Source: Vicinamibacteria bacterium (GTDB lineage: Bacteria > Acidobacteriota > Vicinamibacteria > Fen-336 > JAGNNV01). Taken from it: DNA of 40,897 nucleotides. The stretch spans positions 1-40,897 of the forward strand of contig JBDTQB010000003.1 in assembly GCA_039932395.1 (NCBI GenBank), in the 5' to 3' direction. How positions within the stretch are numbered: the stretch's first letter is position 1; each line of letters begins with the position of its first letter. The position numbers and the translations under genes are program-made. Positions 17,299 through 26,297 of this stretch are shown here, one piece after another. Below the pieces are notes generated by a model that was not told where the DNA came from, did not search any database, and saw nothing but the letters and a program-made list of their open reading frames with translations.

Positions 17299-18582
17299 AT
17301 GTCGACTCGACCTCGCCGCCGATTCACGCTGATTCCCGCGACCGATCGCATGGCCTTTGGTTTCGCGATCGACTCGTTGCGCGCGAACGGGCTTCGCACC
17401 GCACTCGCCATCGCCGGCATCGTCATCGGCGTGGTCACGGTGGTTCTCATCACCTCGGTGCTCTCGAACGCCAGGACGCAGGTAGCCGCGCTCTTTCAGG
17501 GCCTTGGCTCCGACAATCTCCTCGCCTTTCATCTGAGTCAGGACCCTTACTCGCCGCCGACCGACAAGGAGGCGAACCGCCGTCCGCTCCTCGCTTCGTA
17601 TGCCGAGGTCATCGCCCGAAACTCCACCAATATCGAAGACGTGGGCGTCCAGCTCATCGTGCCGACCATCGTGAACGGCCGTCCTTTGGTCGCAAGTGCC
17701 GGCCTCATCGACAATGACAGCTGTCTGGCCGAAGGGTCGCTCGCGAAGACGTTCGAGGTGATCGATGCGCCACTCTCGGAGGGCCGGCTCTTCACGGCCA
17801 TGGAGGAGACCACGGGCGCGCGCGTGGCCATCCTGGGAGCGAGCGTGCGTGCTTCGCTCTTCCCCGGAATATCCGCGCTTGGCAAACAGGTGCGCCTGAG
17901 CGGTATCGCTTTTACCGTCATCGGGGTGGTGGCACCGAGGCCCGGAGGCGTCTTCGGCGAGAACCGCCAGGACAGCGTGATCTCGATGCCGATCCGCACC
18001 GTGCAGGCGATTTTCCCGGATGCGAAAAACATCCTTCTCTACATGAGGATGAAAGAGGGAAGGCGCGTCGAGGCGCGTCAGGATGCGGAAACCCTGCTCC
18101 GGAGGCTCCGCGGTCTCGCTCCCGATTCGCCGAACGACTTTCAGCTCACGTCCCCCGACCAGATCATCGCGATCTTCAATCAGGTGGGTGACGCGATCGG
18201 CGCAGCCACGGTCGCGCTTGCCGGTATCAGCCTCTTCATCGGCGCCATCGGTGTGGGAAACGTGATGATCATCAGCGTCACGGAACGCACGAGGGAGATT
18301 GGAATCCGGCGCGCGCTGGGCGCCACTCAAGGGTCGGTAAGGCGGCAATTTCTCATCGAGGCCGCGGTGCTTTCGGCGGTGGGCGGCATTCTCGGAGTGC
18401 TGCTGGCCCTGGGAATCGGGTTTCTGGTCACACTGGCGCTTCCCGGCTACGATGCGCGGCCCCCCTGGAACGCCGCGATCGCGGGGGTCGTGGTTTCGAT
18501 TCTGGTCGGACTGGCGGCCGGCTTCGTTCCCGCTTCACGCGCCGCCGCGCTTGATCCAATCGAAGCGCTTCGCACCGACTGA
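17299..18582 (+). CDS. ABC transporter permease, MacB/FtsX family (no fused ATPase)
   Basis: LRTALAIAGIVIGV, EGRLF, GIGVGNVM-like segment (AIGVGNVMIISVTERTREIGIRRALGA), QFLIEA and PASRAAALDPIEALR. Confidence 0.93.
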   Translation: MSTRPRRRFTLIPATDRMAFGFAIDSLRANGLRTALAIAGIVIGVVTVVLITSVLSNARTQVAALFQGLGSDNLLAFHLSQDPYSPPTDKEANRRPLLASYAEVIARNSTNIEDVGVQLIVPTIVNGRPLVASAGLIDNDSCLAEGSLAKTFEVIDAPLSEGRLFTAMEETTGARVAILGASVRASLFPGISALGKQVRLSGIAFTVIGVVAPRPGGVFGENRQDSVISMPIRTVQAIFPDAKNILLYMRMKEGRRVEARQDAETLLRRLRGLAPDSPNDFQLTSPDQIIAIFNQVGDAIGAATVALAGISLFIGAIGVGNVMIISVTERTREIGIRRALGATQGSVRRQFLIEAAVLSAVGGILGVLLALGIGFLVTLALPGYDARPPWNAAIAGVVVSILVGLAAGFVPASRAAALDPIEALRTD

Positions 18583-18607
18583 GCGGACCTGGCGAGCTTG
18601 CCTGCGT

Positions 18608-18627
18608 GTGGGCGATTTCTCGCCCAC
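18608..18627. terminator. Possible stem-loop after the permease pair
   Basis: GTGGGCGA-tttc-TCGCCCAC forms an 8-bp stem 25 bp after the stop and can be extended by TGCG/CGCA. There is no clear U-tract. Confidence 0.3.
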
Positions 18628-18733
18628 GCATTGCCACCGCAGACGTTCGGAGGCCAATCCAATCTGGTCGCGCAGCGCGTATCCTCGAAGACCTTCCCCT
18701 TCCTTCAGCACGACTCTTCAAAGGAGCGCGCCT

Positions 18734-19225
18734 ATGCCGACCACGCTCCTGGGTGTTTCCTGCCCGGGACTTATCGATCTCGATCGTACCTTCCTGCCGA
18801 TTGGCCACATGCGCCAGATCTCGCGGGTCACACGATTCGAAGGCGCCGTGATCGAGGGTGAAGTCGACCTTGGCCCGGGACACTGGGTCTTTTCCGAACA
18901 CTTCCCGACGGATCCCATCTTTCCCGCGTCGCTCATGATCGAGGCGGCCGGACAGCTTGTGGCGATCTGGGCATGGGAGAGTGGAGGCCGGTGCGGACGT
19001 CCCCGGCTGGTCCGCATCGGCGCCGAATTCAAGAGCCCGGTTGCCCCTTGCACCGATCGCATCACGTTGAGAGCGGAGGTGAAGCGCAAACGACATCTTC
19101 ACTTCAGTGAAGTCCATATCTTCGCCGCCGGGATTCATGTGGCCACGGTGGACGCGGTCCTTGCGGTCCTGCCTGACCTCCTTCCCTTGTCGCCGCCGGT
19201 GGGTGCCCAAGCCATCGCTGTCTGA
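18734..19225 (+). CDS. FabA/FabZ-family hotdog 3-hydroxyacyl-ACP dehydratase
   Basis: AAGGAG RBS at 18721-18726 and ATG at 18734. Motifs WVFSEHFPTDPIFPASLMIEAAGQL and AEFKSPVAP. Confidence 0.87.
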   Translation: MPTTLLGVSCPGLIDLDRTFLPIGHMRQISRVTRFEGAVIEGEVDLGPGHWVFSEHFPTDPIFPASLMIEAAGQLVAIWAWESGGRCGRPRLVRIGAEFKSPVAPCTDRITLRAEVKRKRHLHFSEVHIFAAGIHVATVDAVLAVLPDLLPLSPPVGAQAIAV

Positions 19226-19301
19226 TCGCCGCGGTCGACCCACATCACCTGCATGGCATCCGCTAAGCTCCGCGGTCCGAATCAATTTAAGGAAGGATCC
19301 C

Positions 19302-20084
19302 ATGCTCCTCGAAGGAAAGAACGGTCTCATTCTCGGCGTCGCGAACAAGCGCTCGATCGCCTGGGGCATCGCCCGCGCCTGCGCTCGCGAAGGCGCGCGC
19401 CTGGCACTGACCTACCAGGGTGATCGCCTCAAGGAAAACGTCGACGAGCTTTCCAAGGGACTGCAGGACCCGCTCCTGTATCCCTGCGACGTGAGCAAGG
19501 ACGAGGACATCGCAGCTCTCGCCGCCTCGGTGAAGGCTGACCTTGGCTCTCTCGACTTCGTGGTCCATTCCGTCGCTTTCGCCCAGCGTGAAGAGCTGAC
19601 GGGACAGTTCCTCAACACCTCGCGCGCGGGCTACCACATCGCCCAGGACATCTCCTCATACTCGCTCACCGCGGTGTCCCGCGCGATGGCTCCGCTGATG
19701 GAGGGCCGCAACGGCTCCATCCTCACCCTGTCGTATCTCGGCGGCGAGCGCGTCGTTCCGCACTACAACGTGATGGGTGTGGCGAAGGCGGCCTTGGAAA
19801 TGTCTGTTCGCTATCTGGCGGCGGATCTTGGTCCGCAGGGAATCCGCGTCAATGCTATTTCCGCCGGTCCCATCAAGACCCTGGCCGGAGCGGGCGTCGG
19901 TGGAATGTCCAAAATGATCGACTACTACAGGGCGAACGCTCCTCTCCGCCGCGCCACCGACCAGGAGGAAGTGGGAGAAGCCGGCCTCTTCCTCGTGTCA
20001 AGCATGGCGCGCGGTATCACGGGTGAAGTGATTCACGTGGACAGTGGGTTTCACGTGATGGCGTTCGCCGCCGATCTCGTCTAA
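19302..20084 (+). CDS. fabI: Enoyl-ACP reductase (NADH)
   Basis: ATG at 19302 after AAGGAAGG. Motifs GVANKRSIAWGIA, CDV, VHSVAFA, DISSYS, YNVMGVAKAALE (YxxMxxxK) and VNAISAGPIKTLA. Confidence 0.97.
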   Translation: MLLEGKNGLILGVANKRSIAWGIARACAREGARLALTYQGDRLKENVDELSKGLQDPLLYPCDVSKDEDIAALAASVKADLGSLDFVVHSVAFAQREELTGQFLNTSRAGYHIAQDISSYSLTAVSRAMAPLMEGRNGSILTLSYLGGERVVPHYNVMGVAKAALEMSVRYLAADLGPQGIRVNAISAGPIKTLAGAGVGGMSKMIDYYRANAPLRRATDQEEVGEAGLFLVSSMARGITGEVIHVDSGFHVMAFAADLV

Positions 20085-20114
20085 CGAAGCACCTCAGAGC
20101 CGAGACCCAAGACC

Positions 20115-20879
20115 ATGAGTCACATCCAGATCGAGATCAAGGACGGCATCGGCACGATCCGCCTGGCCGGGCCACGCGGCAATGCGATGAGCGCGGCGCT
20201 GGTGTCGGACCTGTCCATGGCCTTGCGCACGGTGGGCGGCGATCCGTCCGTGCGCGCGGTCCTGCTCGCCTCCGCCCATCCCAAGTTGTTCTCCCCTGGC
20301 CTCGATCTCATTTCGCTCTCCGAACTCTCCCGTCCCGAGATGGGCGAGTTCATGATGGAGTTCTCCAACGTCCTCACCGACTTGTTCGCGCTCAAGAAAC
20401 CGGTGGTGGCGGCGGTGAATGGCGCTGCGGTGGCAGGCGGATGTCTGCTCGCGCTGACCGCCGACTGGCGCGTGGCGAAGAAGGGCTCGCTCGTCGGGCT
20501 CAACGAGATCAAGGTCGGCGTGCCGCTGCCGCGCTGGGCGGTGATGGTGCTCCGAACCGTGACCCCCGCCCATGCACACGCCGCGGTGGCACTCCTGGGA
20601 CGGAACTTTGAAGGCGACGCCGCCGTCCACGCCGGCCTCGTTCATGAAGTGGCGGACGCGGAAGCGTTCGACGGTACGGTCCAGGAACGCCTGGCCGAGT
20701 TCGCGGAGAAAGATCCCTTCGCCTTCGGCATCACCAAGGGATATCTCCGAGCGGGCACCGTTGCCGCGATGCGTGATCAAGACGCCGGTCAGCTCGACGC
20801 TTTCCTTGATGGATGGTTCTCGGACGGCACGCAGGCTCGGATTCAGAAGACCGTCGCGTCGCTTAAAGCGAAGGTTTAG
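20115..20879 (+). CDS. Crotonase-family protein, delta3,delta2-enoyl-thioester isomerase-like
   Basis: FSPGLDL oxyanion loop, KPVVAAVNG, AGGCLLALTADWRV (no first catalytic Glu) and GLNEIKVG (second Glu kept). Confidence 0.88.
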   Translation: MSHIQIEIKDGIGTIRLAGPRGNAMSAALVSDLSMALRTVGGDPSVRAVLLASAHPKLFSPGLDLISLSELSRPEMGEFMMEFSNVLTDLFALKKPVVAAVNGAAVAGGCLLALTADWRVAKKGSLVGLNEIKVGVPLPRWAVMVLRTVTPAHAHAAVALLGRNFEGDAAVHAGLVHEVADAEAFDGTVQERLAEFAEKDPFAFGITKGYLRAGTVAAMRDQDAGQLDAFLDGWFSDGTQARIQKTVASLKAKV

Positions 20880-20891
20880 CCAATCGCGAAC

Positions 20892-21656
20892 GTGACTCCG
20901 GCGGTGCTGGCGGACGATCGGCTGGTCGAAGCCTTTCACGTGGATGCGCTCGGGCGGCTCAAGCCCGAGGCGTTGTTCGGCTATCTGCTGAACATCGCCT
21001 GGAACCACGCGAAAGATACGAGCTACGGTTTCAGCGAACTCGCCGATCGGAATCTGATGTGGGTGCTGGTCAAGGCCCACCTTGTCATCCATCATCATCC
21101 CCGTTGGCACGAGCGGATTCGCATCGAGACCTGGGGCAAGGGCATCGAAAGGCTCTACGCGCTCCGCGACTTCGCAGTGACGTCGGAATCCGGCGAACGC
21201 ATCGTCTCCGGCACTTCGACCTGGCTCGTCCTGGACCGCACGAGCGGGCGACCCCAGCGTTTCGATTTGAAAACCGATGGTTTCCCCTGGCTGCCCGCCC
21301 GGGAGGAGATGACAACCAGTCTGGAGAAGGTTCCGCCGCCCGAGAACGGACAGGACGTCGCCCGGTTTCAAGTGGTGTTTTCCGACATCGACGTCAACCA
21401 GCACGTGAATTCCGCGCGGTATCTGCAATGGATGATGGACAGTCACACCCACCAGCATCTTCAGACGAAGGAACCCGCCTCCATCGAACTGAGTTTTCTG
21501 CTGGAGGCGATGCTCGGGGATCAACTCACCGTGACCTCCGCTCGTTCCGCCGATCAGGAAGTTTGCAGTCTCAGGCGCGATCGCGATCAAAAGGAAGTGT
21601 GCCGCGCGCGCTTCAACTGGCGCGCGACCGACACGTCGCGGCCGCTCTCAGCGTAG
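20892..21656 (+). CDS. Acyl-ACP thioesterase (FatA/FatB-like double hotdog)
   Basis: VDALGRL, WVLVK, IRIETW, LRDF, STWLVLD and the catalytic motif SDIDVNQHVNSARY. Confidence 0.9.
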   Translation: MTPAVLADDRLVEAFHVDALGRLKPEALFGYLLNIAWNHAKDTSYGFSELADRNLMWVLVKAHLVIHHHPRWHERIRIETWGKGIERLYALRDFAVTSESGERIVSGTSTWLVLDRTSGRPQRFDLKTDGFPWLPAREEMTTSLEKVPPPENGQDVARFQVVFSDIDVNQHVNSARYLQWMMDSHTHQHLQTKEPASIELSFLLEAMLGDQLTVTSARSADQEVCSLRRDRDQKEVCRARFNWRATDTSRPLSA

Positions 21657-21672
21657 GAATCGGCGCGGACTT

Positions 21673-23049
21673 CTAGCCCTCGTTCAGATCGGCCTCGGGC
21701 GGCTTGTCGGGCGTGTCTTGACCCATCTCCCTCTGAATGCGCTCGCGGACCCGTTCGTAGAACGACTTGTGGTCGACCAGATGGCCGACGGCGTAAGCGC
21801 TCATCGCCGCGATCATCATGGGAAAGAGCGCCGACCGCCGGTCGGTCATTTCCAGGACCAGTACGAACGACGTAAACGGGGTGCGGGTGACGCCGGTGAG
21901 AAACGCGACCATGCCAAGCACGATCAAAAGGCGTGGCTCTATGGGCGCGAAGGCAGGAGCCAAGGCGGACGCGATGGCCGCACCGGATGCGAGAGCGGGC
22001 GCGAAGATGCCTCCAGCACCTCCCACCGCGAAGGAGAGGAACGATCCCGCAAGCCGGCCGATCACGGGGCCCGTTCCATCTGGGGACGGGTCGTCAAACA
22101 GTCGGGATTCGATGAGGCTACGTCCGGAGCCGAGGGTCGCGCTCCCGGTCATGGAGACAAGAATCGCGAACAGCAGGCCCGCCCCGAGAGCGAACATGGC
22201 CTGACGTCGCGCGCCCAGGAGACGTCCGCGAAATTGAACGACGGAGAAGAGGCCTCGCGCCCAGAGCGCTCCGATGAGCCCGCACGCCCCGCCGAGCAGC
22301 GCGCACCAGGGGAGATCGTGACTTGACCAGACGCCTACGCGCGGGAAGCCCAGGTAGAGGTACGGGCCGAGAATCGCCTGCGCCACCAGGCCGGCGACCA
22401 GCACCGCGTGCAGCGCGCCCGACCGGAACGACGCGATGTGGGTTCGCGCCAGTTCCTCGATGGCGTACACGATGCCACCAAGCGGCGTGTTGAAAGCGGC
22501 GGCGAGGCCGGCGGCTCCGCCCGCGAGCAGCATCGACGACATGGGCACGCGCGGCCAGAACTTCGGAAGTCGTGACTGCACGGCGCGGAACACGGCACCC
22601 GAGATCTGCAGCGTCGGTCCTTCGCGGCCGATCGCGGCGCCGCCCGCGATCGCGACGCACGAACTCAGGATTTTGACCACCGCGACCCGGGTTCCCAGCA
22701 GCCGGTTCACCATGGCAGAGCCAGCGCCCGGCGAGGCCGCGGCCATGAGCTGGGGGATTCCGCTCCCCGCGGCCTCGGGCGAAAAGCGCGTGACCAGCGC
22801 CCACGAAGCGAAGAACGCGAGGGGCGACACGATGAACAAAACCCACGTGTTGTGGCCGACGGCGGAGCGATACCCCTCTTCGAGAATGGCGAAGGCGCGC
22901 GCATAGGCGACGGCGATCAGACCGGTCAGCGCGCCCGCGAGCCAGAACGGCAGAACCTGCAACGTGGATTTTCTGACGCGTGGCGACGCGATCAGATCGG
23001 GCAGTCGTCTCGGAGAGGAACGGGGAGGGGGGATGGTTCTGTCGTTCAC
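21673..23049 (-). CDS. clcA: CLC-family chloride/H+ antiporter (no CBS domains)
   Basis: GSGIP, GREGPT (gating Glu), AAAFNTPLGG, YAIEE (proton Glu), GGIFAP, LEMT and C-terminal SFY. Confidence 0.92.
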   Translation of the reverse strand: MNDRTIPPPRSSPRRLPDLIASPRVRKSTLQVLPFWLAGALTGLIAVAYARAFAILEEGYRSAVGHNTWVLFIVSPLAFFASWALVTRFSPEAAGSGIPQLMAAASPGAGSAMVNRLLGTRVAVVKILSSCVAIAGGAAIGREGPTLQISGAVFRAVQSRLPKFWPRVPMSSMLLAGGAAGLAAAFNTPLGGIVYAIEELARTHIASFRSGALHAVLVAGLVAQAILGPYLYLGFPRVGVWSSHDLPWCALLGGACGLIGALWARGLFSVVQFRGRLLGARRQAMFALGAGLLFAILVSMTGSATLGSGRSLIESRLFDDPSPDGTGPVIGRLAGSFLSFAVGGAGGIFAPALASGAAIASALAPAFAPIEPRLLIVLGMVAFLTGVTRTPFTSFVLVLEMTDRRSALFPMMIAAMSAYAVGHLVDHKSFYERVRERIQREMGQDTPDKPPEADLNEG

Positions 23050-23256
23050 CCTTCAGAGTCCCTCGGACCACGGCGGCGACGCAGCGAGAGCCGCGTGGGT
23101 CCCCGCACCAAGACAGCACCGCGCGCGCGCCCCGCCGGCATCAAGCCGCGCCGAAACCTGGGCGGCGGCGAGACGTCTAAGATCAGTGAGGCGCATAGGC
23201 ACCATGATATCGAAAATCAGTTGGAGTACAAAGTAATAGTGGTTTAGCCTGTCAGC

Positions 23257-25512
23257 GTGAGACAGCCGATCAAGTTCCTGGTGGTCCTGGTCGCGGGCCT
23301 GGGCCTGCTGACCTGGGGCGCCTTCCTGGTCATGCAGGAAACCACCCGTGGCTGGGTGGAACGTGACCTTGGGTTGCGCGCGCGTCTTGCCGCGAACGGC
23401 GCCTCGTCGGCCCTTGCCGCGGGCTTTCGTTCGGCGAAGCCCGCCGACCTGCGCGCGGTTCTCCTCAGTGTGGTGCGCGACGAACGCGTCCTTGGTGTCT
23501 CCGCGTGCACCCCGGAGGGCAAGCTGGCGGCCACGGCGGGGGTGGCGCCCGCCAAGTATGGCTGTGCCGAAGTGGCCGCTTTCATTTTTCCTCCGGGCTT
23601 GCCCGCTCAGGCGGAACCGCTTGAGTGGACCCACGTCACGACTCTTCCAGGTGGCCGCGCGCACCTGAGCGGACTGCCCGTGATGGATGAAGGCGGCGTT
23701 CTCGGCTTCGTCATTCTGGTTCAGGACATGGGCTTCGCAGAGCGACGCGAAGCCCAGAGCCGTAACTTTCTGCTTGTTGCCTATTTCCTGCTCGCGATGT
23801 GCGCCTCCCTCGTCACCATCGTGGCGGTCCGTCTGTCCTGGCGCGGTTGGACCCGTCAGCTTCAGAGGGTGTTGAAGGGTGAGAAAGAAAGCGACGCTTT
23901 CCGCCCCCTGCTGCGCGACGTGCGTGAGCTGGTGGACGACATCATGACCGAGCGCGACGCCGATGGCGAGAGCGGCGCCTGGACCGCCGAGCGCCTCAAG
24001 GGAACGTTGCGGCGAAATCTGCACGGGGAAAAGATCGTGGTGGTTTCGAACCGCGAGCCCTATATTCATGACTACGCGCCCGACGGATCCATTCACGTCC
24101 AGCATCCGGCGAGCGGTCTGGTCACGGCGCTCGAGCCGGTGATGCGCGCGTGTTCGGGGGTCTGGATCGCGCACGGCAGTGGTGCTGCGGATCGGGATGT
24201 TGTGGACGCGCACGATCGGGTGCTGGTGCCGCCGGGCGAGGACATCTACTCCATTCGTCGCGTGTGGCTGTCGCCTGAAGAAGAGAAGGGCTACTACTAC
24301 GGATTCTCCAACGAGGGTCTTTGGCCTCTCTGTCACGTGGCCCACAATCGGCCGCTGTTCCGCAGCTCTGACTGGAACTTCTACAAGACGGTCAACCAGA
24401 AGTTCGCGGCCGCCGTCTGCGCCGAGGCCGAGATCGAGGATCCGATCATCCTCATTCAGGACTATCACCTGGCGCTCGCGCCGCGCATGATTCGTCAGAA
24501 GCTTCCGCGCGCCACCGTGATCGGGTTCTGGCACATTCCCTGGCCGAACGCGGAGCGTTTCGGCATCTGCCCCTGGCGGGAAGAACTACTGGACGGCATG
24601 CTCGGGGCGAGCATCCTCGGCTTCCATACGCAGGCGCACTGCAACAACTTCCTGGACTCCGTCGACCGGTATCTCGAATCGCGGATCGATCGTGAACGCC
24701 AGGCCGTGGTTCAGCAGGGGCGCAGTACGCAGGTGCGCGCCTATCCCATCTCCCTTGAGTGGCCGGTACGCTGGCTCAACGGCCTGCCCCCCGCGCCCGA
24801 GTGCCGGAACAGCGTGCTTCGTGATCTCGATCTTCCTGCCAACAGCCTGATTGGTGTGGGTGTTGATCGCCTGGACTACACGAAGGGAATCGAAGAGAGG
24901 CTGCTCGCGGTGGAGCGCCTTTTAGAGTTGCGGCCAGAGTTTCTTGGACGGTTTGTTTTCATTCAGCTCGCCGCGCCCAGTCGCACCGCCATCGGCCGCT
25001 ACCGCGATCTGAGCGACAGCGTGGCCGCCATCGCGGCCCAGGTCAACGAGCGCTTCGGGACCGACTCCTATAAGCCGATCATCCTGAAGCGCGCCCATCA
25101 CGAGCCCCCCGATGTGTTTCGCTACCTGCGTGCGGCGGATGTTTGTTACGTGAGCAGCCTCGACGACGGGATGAATCTTGTGGCCAAGGAGTTCGTTGCC
25201 GCGCGCGATGACGAGCGCGGCGTGCTCGTGCTCAGTCAGTTCACCGGGGCCGCGCGTGAGTTGACCGAGGCGCTGGTCGTCAATCCCTATGACCTCGATG
25301 AATCCGCGGGTGCCATGGCGGCCGCCCTCACCATGCCCCTCGATGAACAACGGGCCCGACTCCGCTCGATGCGGGCCTTCGTCGCCGAGTTCAATATCTA
25401 CCGCTGGGCAGGGCGCATGCTGCGCGACGCCGCGAGATTGCGCCGCCGCGACCGTCTGACCGGGCGCCTCAGCGATGGGTTTACCCCTAGGCTGCCGGGA
25501 GCTGAGTTGTGA
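23257..25512 (+). CDS. otsA: Trehalose-6-phosphate synthase (GT20) with an N-terminal two-TM extracytoplasmic domain
   Basis: The GT20 domain starts at about residue 260 with VVVSNREP, ASGLV, YYYGFSNEGLWPLCH, QDYHL, HIPWP, VDRLDYTKG, APSR and DGMNLVAKEFV. It is preceded by two hydrophobic helices (FLVVLVAGLGLLTWGAFLVM; FLLVAYFLLAMCASLVTIVAV). Confidence 0.93.
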   Translation: MRQPIKFLVVLVAGLGLLTWGAFLVMQETTRGWVERDLGLRARLAANGASSALAAGFRSAKPADLRAVLLSVVRDERVLGVSACTPEGKLAATAGVAPAKYGCAEVAAFIFPPGLPAQAEPLEWTHVTTLPGGRAHLSGLPVMDEGGVLGFVILVQDMGFAERREAQSRNFLLVAYFLLAMCASLVTIVAVRLSWRGWTRQLQRVLKGEKESDAFRPLLRDVRELVDDIMTERDADGESGAWTAERLKGTLRRNLHGEKIVVVSNREPYIHDYAPDGSIHVQHPASGLVTALEPVMRACSGVWIAHGSGAADRDVVDAHDRVLVPPGEDIYSIRRVWLSPEEEKGYYYGFSNEGLWPLCHVAHNRPLFRSSDWNFYKTVNQKFAAAVCAEAEIEDPIILIQDYHLALAPRMIRQKLPRATVIGFWHIPWPNAERFGICPWREELLDGMLGASILGFHTQAHCNNFLDSVDRYLESRIDRERQAVVQQGRSTQVRAYPISLEWPVRWLNGLPPAPECRNSVLRDLDLPANSLIGVGVDRLDYTKGIEERLLAVERLLELRPEFLGRFVFIQLAAPSRTAIGRYRDLSDSVAAIAAQVNERFGTDSYKPIILKRAHHEPPDVFRYLRAADVCYVSSLDDGMNLVAKEFVAARDDERGVLVLSQFTGAARELTEALVVNPYDLDESAGAMAAALTMPLDEQRARLRSMRAFVAEFNIYRWAGRMLRDAARLRRRDRLTGRLSDGFTPRLPGAEL

Positions 25513-26297
25513 AGAACATCCTGGCCGCGGAGCAACGAAAGCTTCTGGAACCGTTCGCCTGGTCCGAAACACTGCTCGCGTTCGACTTCGACGGCACGCT
25601 CGCCCCCATTGTCGAGCATCCCGAGGCGGCGGCCATGCGTCCGACCACGCGGAAGCTCCTGACCCGCGTCGCGAACCTTTACCCATGCATCGTCATCTCC
25701 GGCCGCGCCCTCGCCGACGTTTCGAAACGGGTTGAAGGAGTCGCGTTGCGCGCGGTGGTGGGCAACCACGGGGTCGAGCCCTGGCGGGCGACCAGGCGCA
25801 TCCATCAGCGCGTGCTGGCGTGGCGGCCGATCTTTGAACGGGCGCTGGCCGAAGAACCGGGCGTCGAGATCGAAGACAAGATGTACTCCCTCGCCATTCA
25901 TTTCCGAAAGTCGCGCAAGAAAAAGCGCGTGCGCGCTCTCGTCGAACTGGCCTCGGCGGAGCTTGAGTCAGCGCGTCTGGTGGGCGGCATTGAAGTGGTG
26001 AACATCGTTCCCTCCGACGCGCCCCACAAGGGCATGGCGCTCGAACGGGAGCGGGCCCGCCTCCACTGTGACACCGCGATTTACGTGGGCGACGATGTCA
26101 CGGACGAAGACGTCTTCGCTCTGGATCAGCCCGGGCGTCTTTTGAGCGTGCGCGTGGGAAGAAAGCTTCGATCGGCGGCGGATGTCTATCTGCAGAGCCA
26201 GATCGACATCGACGCCTTCCTGCGCGCTCTGGTGCAACTTCGTGAAGGCCGTGTGACGACCGCGATCCGTCCGGCGCGAAGCGGGCTGGTCGCTTGA
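25509..26297 (+). CDS. otsB: Trehalose-6-phosphate phosphatase (HAD)
   Basis: FDFDGTLAPI, ISGR, GNHGVE, IEDK, AIHFR, HKG and YVGDDVTDEDVF. The GTG start overlaps the otsA stop. Confidence 0.95.
   Translation: MKNILAAEQRKLLEPFAWSETLLAFDFDGTLAPIVEHPEAAAMRPTTRKLLTRVANLYPCIVISGRALADVSKRVEGVALRAVVGNHGVEPWRATRRIHQRVLAWRPIFERALAEEPGVEIEDKMYSLAIHFRKSRKKKRVRALVELASAELESARLVGGIEVVNIVPSDAPHKGMALERERARLHCDTAIYVGDDVTDEDVFALDQPGRLLSVRVGRKLRSAADVYLQSQIDIDAFLRALVQLREGRVTTAIRPARSGLVA

Noticed and set aside
16831-24534. Long antisense ORFs (16831..18348, 20094..21590, 23053..24534, and similar ones at 5180..6421, 28673..29896, 31447..32730, 33888..35228, 39427..40722)
   Set aside because: Each mirrors a well-supported gene on the other strand and shows no motifs; such shadows are expected from high-GC codon bias.
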